This document shows, piece after piece, positions 58,922 to 64,000 of a DNA stretch of 64,000 nt (the stretch's first letter is position 1; each line of letters opens with the position of its first letter). The stretch is from Deltaproteobacteria bacterium (GTDB lineage: Bacteria > Desulfobacterota > DSM-4660 > Desulfatiglandales > HGW-15), in assembly GCA_016930835.1 (NCBI GenBank), contig JAFGGA010000133.1, forward strand, positions 10,343 to 74,342, read 5' to 3'. The notes beneath the pieces were generated by a model. It made no database searches, had not been told where the DNA came from, and saw nothing but the letters and a program-made list of their open reading frames with translations. The translations under genes and the position numbers were made by a program.

Positions 58922-60769
58922 TCAAAACGCATTTTCAGCGATTTCCAAGGCGGCCCTTTCCGAACCTTTGATCACTCGGGCCTTGGCCGTTGCCAGGCCC
59001 ACCACTTGGCTGATAAAAAAACGGGCCGAGGCCAGCTTGCCGCTGTAAAATGCGGCGTTGGCATTTCCAGCCACCAATGTATCCAAACCTTTCGTTCCGC
59101 TGATCTTGTTTTCATCCACGAGATCATTTAATCTCTCCTGTGCAATCAAGGCCTGCCACAACAACAGCCAGCCCACGGTGACATCCCCGAAGAGTTCCAG
59201 ATAGGGGTAAGCGGAAAGGGCCAGGAGGTGAAAATCCTTTTTGCGGTGCTTAACCAGAAATTCCGACACATCGGCCAATGCCTTCCACGCCTCCTCCAGG
59301 ATTTTCACATAGGGTGAAAGGGTTTCATGCTTTTTATTCGCTTGCCAAAATGTTTTGATATCTTCCATATGGCCGTTCATGAGGGACTCGAAATCCATTC
59401 CCAGTTTCCGGCCTGCCAGGTCCAGGGCCTGAATCCCGTTGGTCCCCTCAAAGATGGAATGGACCTTCTCATCCCTTAAAAACTGCTCGATGGGATAATC
59501 CTTCATATATCCGTACCCGCCATAGACCTGCATGGCCGTTTCCGTGACCCTGAAACTCAGGTCCGAGCCGTAGGCCTTGGTTACCGGGGTCAAAAATCCG
59601 ATCCGTTTCTCCCATTCATTTTTTTGGTCATCACTCAAGACGATACGCTGTTGGTCAATGCAATAAGAGGTATAGAGGATAAGGGCACGCACCCCTTCCG
59701 TATAGGCCTTCATCTGCAAAAGCATGCGCCGGACATCCGGGTGCCTGATGATGGGGCATTGGGGTGATCCCGGCGGGCTGCCGATAACCGTTCCCTGGAG
59801 GCGCTCCCTGGCATAGACCAGGGCATGAAGATAGGCCGCACTGGCAACTGCCGCCCCATGACGGGCCGCGATTAATCGTGACTCATTCATCATGGTGAAA
59901 AAGATCGGCATTCCGCGGTTTTCCTCACCAACCAGTTCGCCGATGCAGTTGCCATCTTCCCCAAGGCTTAATTGACAAGTGGGTGATCCTTTAATGCCCA
60001 GCTTTTTTTCCACGGCAATGGTCTTGACGTCATTTGATTCCCCAGGGGATCCGTCCGGATTGATTTTGTAGGCCGGGATAAGAAAAAGAGACAGCCCTTT
60101 GGTCCCTGGAGACGCCCCTTTGACCCGGGCCAGGGCCAAGTGGATGATGTTCTTGGTGAGGTCGGTATTGCCGCCCGTGATAAAGACCTTGCTTCCAGTA
60201 ATGGAATAGGTCCCATCCGGATTCCTCTCTGCCACGGTCTTGGTGGCGCCTACATCGCTTCCCGCACCCGCTTCCGTTAGATCCATGGTCCCGGTCCACT
60301 GGCCGGAAAGGATCTTTTCCACATATTTTTTTTTCTGTTCCTCGGAACCGTGCGTGGCGATGAGCAGGGCCGCGCCCCGGGTCATGGCAGCCAGGGTCTG
60401 GAAGGCCAGGTTACCCGCCTCGGCGTATTCATTGGCCGCCATGCCCACCACCATGGGCATGCCTTGGCCGCCGTATTCCCGAGGAATGTCCAGTCTTCGC
60501 CATTCACCCTCATTCCACAAACGCCAGAGTTCATGAAATGATGCGGGGACGTGGACCTTGCCGTCCTTAAAAACAGCGCCTTCTTCATCCCCCTGTTTAT
60601 TGGTGGGCATAATGGCATTTTCCGACAACTTCTTGGCCTCGTTCAGGACCATGTTGTAGATGTCTACATCAAATTCGGAATATAATTCCGATTCCGACAG
60701 CTTGCCGATATCAAGCTGTTCAAAAAGGACAAACTTTTGATCACGTTCATGAACCAATAAATCAACCAT
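58922..60769 (-). CDS. Long-form acyl-CoA dehydrogenase
   Basis: ACAD N-terminal, middle and C-terminal domains plus an extra C-terminal domain (615 aa). The ATG at 60769 follows GAGGAG. The extension in the track runs into a repeat. Confidence 0.9.
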   Translation of the reverse strand: MVDLLVHERDQKFVLFEQLDIGKLSESELYSEFDVDIYNMVLNEAKKLSENAIMPTNKQGDEEGAVFKDGKVHVPASFHELWRLWNEGEWRRLDIPREYGGQGMPMVVGMAANEYAEAGNLAFQTLAAMTRGAALLIATHGSEEQKKKYVEKILSGQWTGTMDLTEAGAGSDVGATKTVAERNPDGTYSITGSKVFITGGNTDLTKNIIHLALARVKGASPGTKGLSLFLIPAYKINPDGSPGESNDVKTIAVEKKLGIKGSPTCQLSLGEDGNCIGELVGEENRGMPIFFTMMNESRLIAARHGAAVASAAYLHALVYARERLQGTVIGSPPGSPQCPIIRHPDVRRMLLQMKAYTEGVRALILYTSYCIDQQRIVLSDDQKNEWEKRIGFLTPVTKAYGSDLSFRVTETAMQVYGGYGYMKDYPIEQFLRDEKVHSIFEGTNGIQALDLAGRKLGMDFESLMNGHMEDIKTFWQANKKHETLSPYVKILEEAWKALADVSEFLVKHRKKDFHLLALSAYPYLELFGDVTVGWLLLWQALIAQERLNDLVDENKISGTKGLDTLVAGNANAAFYSGKLASARFFISQVVGLATAKARVIKGSERAALEIAENAF

Positions 60770-60818
60770 TATCGCACTCCTCTTTTGATCTGTTATTATG
60801 GATGGTCTTATCAAAGAT

Positions 60819-60905
60819 CGGAAAACATCGCCTTTTGCCATTCCAGCCTGCCTGTGCGTGTCCGCACGCAGACAGGTGAAGGCCGGAATCCAGTCTTCAT
60901 CTCAG
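60819..60905. repeat. Family A repeat, partial copy 3 (5' half only)
   Basis: tcggaaaacatcgccttttgccattccagcctgcctgtgcgtgtccgcacgcagacaggtgaaggccggaatccagtctt aligns with 80-165. Confidence 0.75.
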
Positions 60906-61356
60906 GAGTCAGCATTCTACTGAGTGATGATTTTTTATGCGTCCATCATTCATCATGAAAATTTCCAATCAGAAAGTAAATCTTTTTATAAGACAGGCCG
61001 CAAATCTCCCCATTCCCTTCTTATATTCCCGGCCCAATAAGCACAAAATGGGCTTTCACACATCAGATACTAAAATTCCTATCCCATCTTTGTCAAATTG
61101 AAACGGCCGACCCGACCCATAATATTACTGGTGGGTCATTTCCTATTTCATCGGTTGATGATTCGGATTCGAGGGGTCCAAGAGTCAGGGGTTCAAGTGT
61201 TTGTCATTTACTCGAATCTTTGAATCCTTGAAGTCTTGACCTCTTTTCCCCAACCAAAGGGGAGAAGAACCTTATTTGTCAAATAGAAATAATCAACTTA
61301 TGCCCATCCAAAAATACCCCAAGTTCCCTCCCCTTTGAGAGATTGTGTCATAATTC

Positions 61357-61403
61357 GTCATTCCGGCCAAGCCCCATGAAATGGGGCGGGAGCCGGAATC
61401 CAG
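61357..61403. repeat. 'tcattccggc...gccggaatccag' hairpin unit
   Basis: It has the same stem ends as the family A core but a different loop. Confidence 0.6.
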
Positions 61404-61431
61404 AAGTCTTTGATCTTGCTTAGTGGTCATC

Positions 61432-61604
61432 CATGAATTCCCCCTGCCCTTGCTGGAGGGGCACCATGAATTCCCCCTACCCTTCGCGGGAGGAGCGCAA
61501 GGAAGAATCTTCAAACAGGGTCTTAATGTGAATTCCCTCTCCCCTTGCGGGATGGGCACCATGAATTCCCTCTCCCCTTTCGGGAGGGGGTTAGGGGGAG
61601 GGGT
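61432..61604. repeat. Four tandem-ish hairpin units (catgaattcccc[ct]...gg[ag]gg), ending in ggttagggggagggg
   Basis: The units start at ~61432, 61465, 61530 and 61560. A related solo unit lies at 63288-63324. Confidence 0.7.
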
Positions 61605-61809
61605 CAAAAGACGGAGTCCTTTGATATGCCTGGCTTTTCCACCCTTACTCCCGTATCAAAGCCTGTCCCGGACCTCGATCTGGTATACGGGACAGGCTCA
61701 AACCGTTCGGTTGAGATCACGCCGAATAAATTAAATTGACGGAATAGTTCAGGGGCCTTATATTGCCCCCTTGTTTCCATTTTTAACGAGAATCCTATCG
61801 GACCTATAT

Positions 61810-62973
61810 ATGACGGACACGACCAAAGCCAACATCAAAATCCTCTTTGCGCTGACCCTGGTGCACTTTACGGGTGATTTTTACAGTGCCTTCATCAGTC
61901 CGTTGTTCCCGCTTTTCGTCCAAAAACTGGGATTATCCCTGGCGCAGGTGGGCATCATCGCGGGAGTCAACCGTTTACTTGCTTTTATCGTTCAGCCTTC
62001 GGTGGGATATCTGGCCGACCGTTACAGCACCCGGCATTTCATCTTGATCGGGGTAATCATGCCCATCGTATTCATCCCCCTTTCGGGCATCGCCCCCGCG
62101 TTCTGGGTCCTGCTGGTGATAGTGGCACTGGGGTCCATGGGTTCATCCATGTTTCACCCTTCGGTCACGGGCCTGGTCCCTGTATATGCCGGAAGGCAGG
62201 CCGGTTTTGCCATGTCTGTTTTTAATACGGGCGGTACCTTTGCCTTCGGGGTAGGGCCGCTGTTCGTCACCTGGTATGCCGGCCGGTTCGGCCTGAATGC
62301 CCTGCCTTTCACCATGGTATTCGGTCTTTTGGTGGCCTGTTATCTGTATTGGGTTGTACCGGTCCCCAAGAGTGAGGGATTGCGTCGGCTGGGTTTTTGG
62401 GGCGCTATCAAAGAAAGCTTGGGGAGTGTTTGGAAAACCGTCATTTCCATATGGGTGGTTATGGTTCTCCGGTCCATCACGGGACAATCCTTTTTGACCT
62501 TTATGCCGGTTCTTTATGTTGAGAAAGGCTTCTCGGTATTTTCCGCTGGTGCTATATTTTCCCTCTTTACAGTTGCCGGAACCGTCAGCGGCCTGCTCGC
62601 TGGTCATATCTCAGACCGGATCGGATTTAAGCCCGTTTTCATCTTCACGTTTATGCTCATGTCACCTATGCTCATCCTCTTCCTAAATCTCCCGGGTCAT
62701 TGGGTTTATCTGGGTGCCGTTATAGCCGGCGGCATCGTGTTGGCCACCATGCCACTGGGTGTGGCCATGGCCCAGATCCTGGCGCCCAAGGGCCGGTCCA
62801 TGGTGGCCAGCCTGATGATGGGCTTCGCCTTTGGATTGGGAGGGCTGGTATCACCCTTGATCGGGAAATTGGCTGATATGTATTCTATTTATAGCGTTCT
62901 GATGGGGGTGTCATTGCTGCCGCTACTTACCCTCCCGCTGGTTTTTCGATTCCCCCGTGTTAAGTCCGCTTAA
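61810..62973 (+). CDS. MFS transporter (12 TMS)
   Basis: Hydrophobic profile and a GYLADRYSTR motif. I trimmed the start to ATG 61810. Confidence 0.85.
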   Translation: MTDTTKANIKILFALTLVHFTGDFYSAFISPLFPLFVQKLGLSLAQVGIIAGVNRLLAFIVQPSVGYLADRYSTRHFILIGVIMPIVFIPLSGIAPAFWVLLVIVALGSMGSSMFHPSVTGLVPVYAGRQAGFAMSVFNTGGTFAFGVGPLFVTWYAGRFGLNALPFTMVFGLLVACYLYWVVPVPKSEGLRRLGFWGAIKESLGSVWKTVISIWVVMVLRSITGQSFLTFMPVLYVEKGFSVFSAGAIFSLFTVAGTVSGLLAGHISDRIGFKPVFIFTFMLMSPMLILFLNLPGHWVYLGAVIAGGIVLATMPLGVAMAQILAPKGRSMVASLMMGFAFGLGGLVSPLIGKLADMYSIYSVLMGVSLLPLLTLPLVFRFPRVKSA

Positions 62974-63020
62974 TTAGATTTTCGTAACACTTTAGCTATT
63001 TTCAAAAAACCTAAATAATT

Positions 63021-63202
63021 GGATCCCGCGATCAAGTCGCGGAATGACCTGTCTACCGCGTCGGGCGCGGCGCAAGCAGGCAGAAAAGGGGAAATCATAA
63101 GGAAAAACAAAATGCGTGCTTCATAAAGGTATAGCGATAGTAAAATCAAAGGTCATTCCGCGACCCCTCATCAAGTGCGGGGCAGGCTTGATCGCGGAAT
63201 CC
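63021..63202. repeat. Long inverted repeat element (ggatcccgcgatcaag.cgcggaatgacc / ggtcattccgcg...cttgatcgcggaatcc)
   Basis: Arms at 63021-63049 and 63151-63202 are mutually reverse-complementary apart from a ~21-nt insertion in the right arm. Confidence 0.7.
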
Positions 63203-63287
63203 AAGCCTTGCATCTCATCATCTTCAAAAAGCTAAACGATTACAAATTTTCGAATTCACCAATACTTGGGATGGCTTTGGGGTTGTT

Positions 63288-63324
63288 TCCCTCTCCATGA
63301 GGGAGAGGGGTAGGGTGAGGGGGA
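63288..63324. repeat. Solo hairpin unit ttccctctccatgagggagaggggtagggtgaggggga
   Basis: Related to the units at 61530-61604. Confidence 0.6.
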
Positions 63325-63471
63325 CAAAATGGTATTGTTCCTTTTCATGCCTCGCTCGCTTGGAGTGTAGTGATTGATCCAGTTTAATCAATGGGTCCTG
63401 AAAAGAACATCATTTGCCTTAGCACACTTCTGGTGCCATTGAAAAACCGACTATGTAACAGGAATCAGATC

Positions 63472-63576
63472 ATGGCCGACATAACGATGAAAATTGATGA
63501 CGATCTTATGAAAAAGGCCCGGTATCTTGCGGTAGAGAAAAAGACCTCAATCAACGCGATTATCAAAAAAAATTGA
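63472..63576 (+). pseudogene. Ribbon-helix-helix-type antitoxin (VapB-like), apparently interrupted at an A8 run
   Basis: MADITMKIDDDLMKKARYLAVEKKTSINAIIKKN stops right after A8 (63565-63572). The +1 frame continues ...LKELASFFDR...KTWTRDQIHER up to the vapC start. Confidence 0.5.
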
Positions 63577-63689
63577 AGATTTCGTTTCGCAGGACCTGAA
63601 AAAAGGAGTGACCTTGAAAGAGTTAGCGTCATTTTTTGATCGATGTCAATCCAGGCTAGGTACCAAAACCTGGACAAGAGACCAGATTC

Positions 63690-64000
63690 ATGAACGACAA
63701 GGCATTCCTGGATACCAATCTACTTATCTATGCCATTGACACATCACCGCAGGAGAAAAGAAAAAGAGAGGTTGCAAGGGAGTCGGTCAAGGAGCATATT
63801 ATCAATGAGAATGGCGTGATCAGCATTCAGGTTCTAAAAGAATTTTACCAATTATCCACAAAAAAAACACAAAGGCCTTTATCGACGGAAGAGGCCCTTG
63901 AATTCCTTCACTACATATCCATTCTGGAGACCGTACTCCCTGATTACCACATGGTTGTCTCCGCCGTTCACCTCCATAAGGATAAAAAAGTATCTTTTTG
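63690..64000 (+). CDS. vapC: PIN-domain toxin VapC (3' end beyond window)
   Basis: MNDKAFLDTNLLIYAID is a PIN-domain N-terminus. Confidence 0.75.
   Translation, partial: MNDKAFLDTNLLIYAIDTSPQEKRKREVARESVKEHIINENGVISIQVLKEFYQLSTKKTQRPLSTEEALEFLHYISILETVLPDYHMVVSAVHLHKDKKVSF

Noticed and set aside
61432-61604. Possible CRISPR array
   Set aside because: The units are irregular in length and spacing. Two pairs are directly abutting with no spacers, the units are self-complementary GC hairpins related to a solo copy at 63288-63324, and there are no cas genes. It is a generic intergenic repeat.
61293-61739. ORFs 61293..61607(-), 61423..61734(+), 61545..61739(+) with PLPKGEREF / HEFPLP repeats
   Set aside because: These are translations of tandem hairpin DNA repeats. 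Periodicity arising from the repeats, overlap on both strands and the lack of an RBS argue against coding.

Overview
This window looks like a core chromosomal segment of a sulfate-reducing Desulfobacterota (deltaproteobacterial) genome. The main landmark is a dissimilatory sulfite reductase locus, with dsrA-dsrB-dsrD on the minus strand and dsrN-dsrC transcribed divergently. The rest is mostly housekeeping: murA, comEC, lon, argJ, secA, uvrC, rpsF-rpsR, DUF2232-rplI-dnaB, hflX, tex, arfB, nadA and fdhD. There is also a beta-oxidation set (thiolase, a fused 3-hydroxyacyl-CoA dehydrogenase/enoyl-CoA hydratase, and a long acyl-CoA dehydrogenase), cimA, two MFS transporters, and a partial vapBC module at the right edge. 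I found no rRNA, tRNA, CRISPR array or transposase gene. Intergenic DNA is rich in several families of short hairpin-forming repeats, in which the ORF track gives spurious ORFs. The most interesting candidates are: (1) an unannotated 41-codon isoleucine-rich leader ORF with terminator and antiterminator directly upstream of citramalate synthase; (2) a near-consensus sigma-54 promoter driving a 50-aa protein that is little more than a signal-like segment plus a PEP-CTERM sorting tag, followed by an Arg-rich 'DRR'-repeat protein; (3) a tightly coupled four-gene operon of zinc-ribbon, acidic, HEAT-repeat and unknown proteins divergent from an ATP-grasp ligase; (4) hflX, whose conserved N-terminus has no canonical start codon (candidate ATA start); and (5) a ~109-nt 5' module repeated in direct orientation around a two-gene cassette, one copy carrying a foldback insertion with perfect 34-bp inverted repeats. 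All functional calls rest on motif recognition in the supplied translations and manual reading of the DNA. No database search was run.
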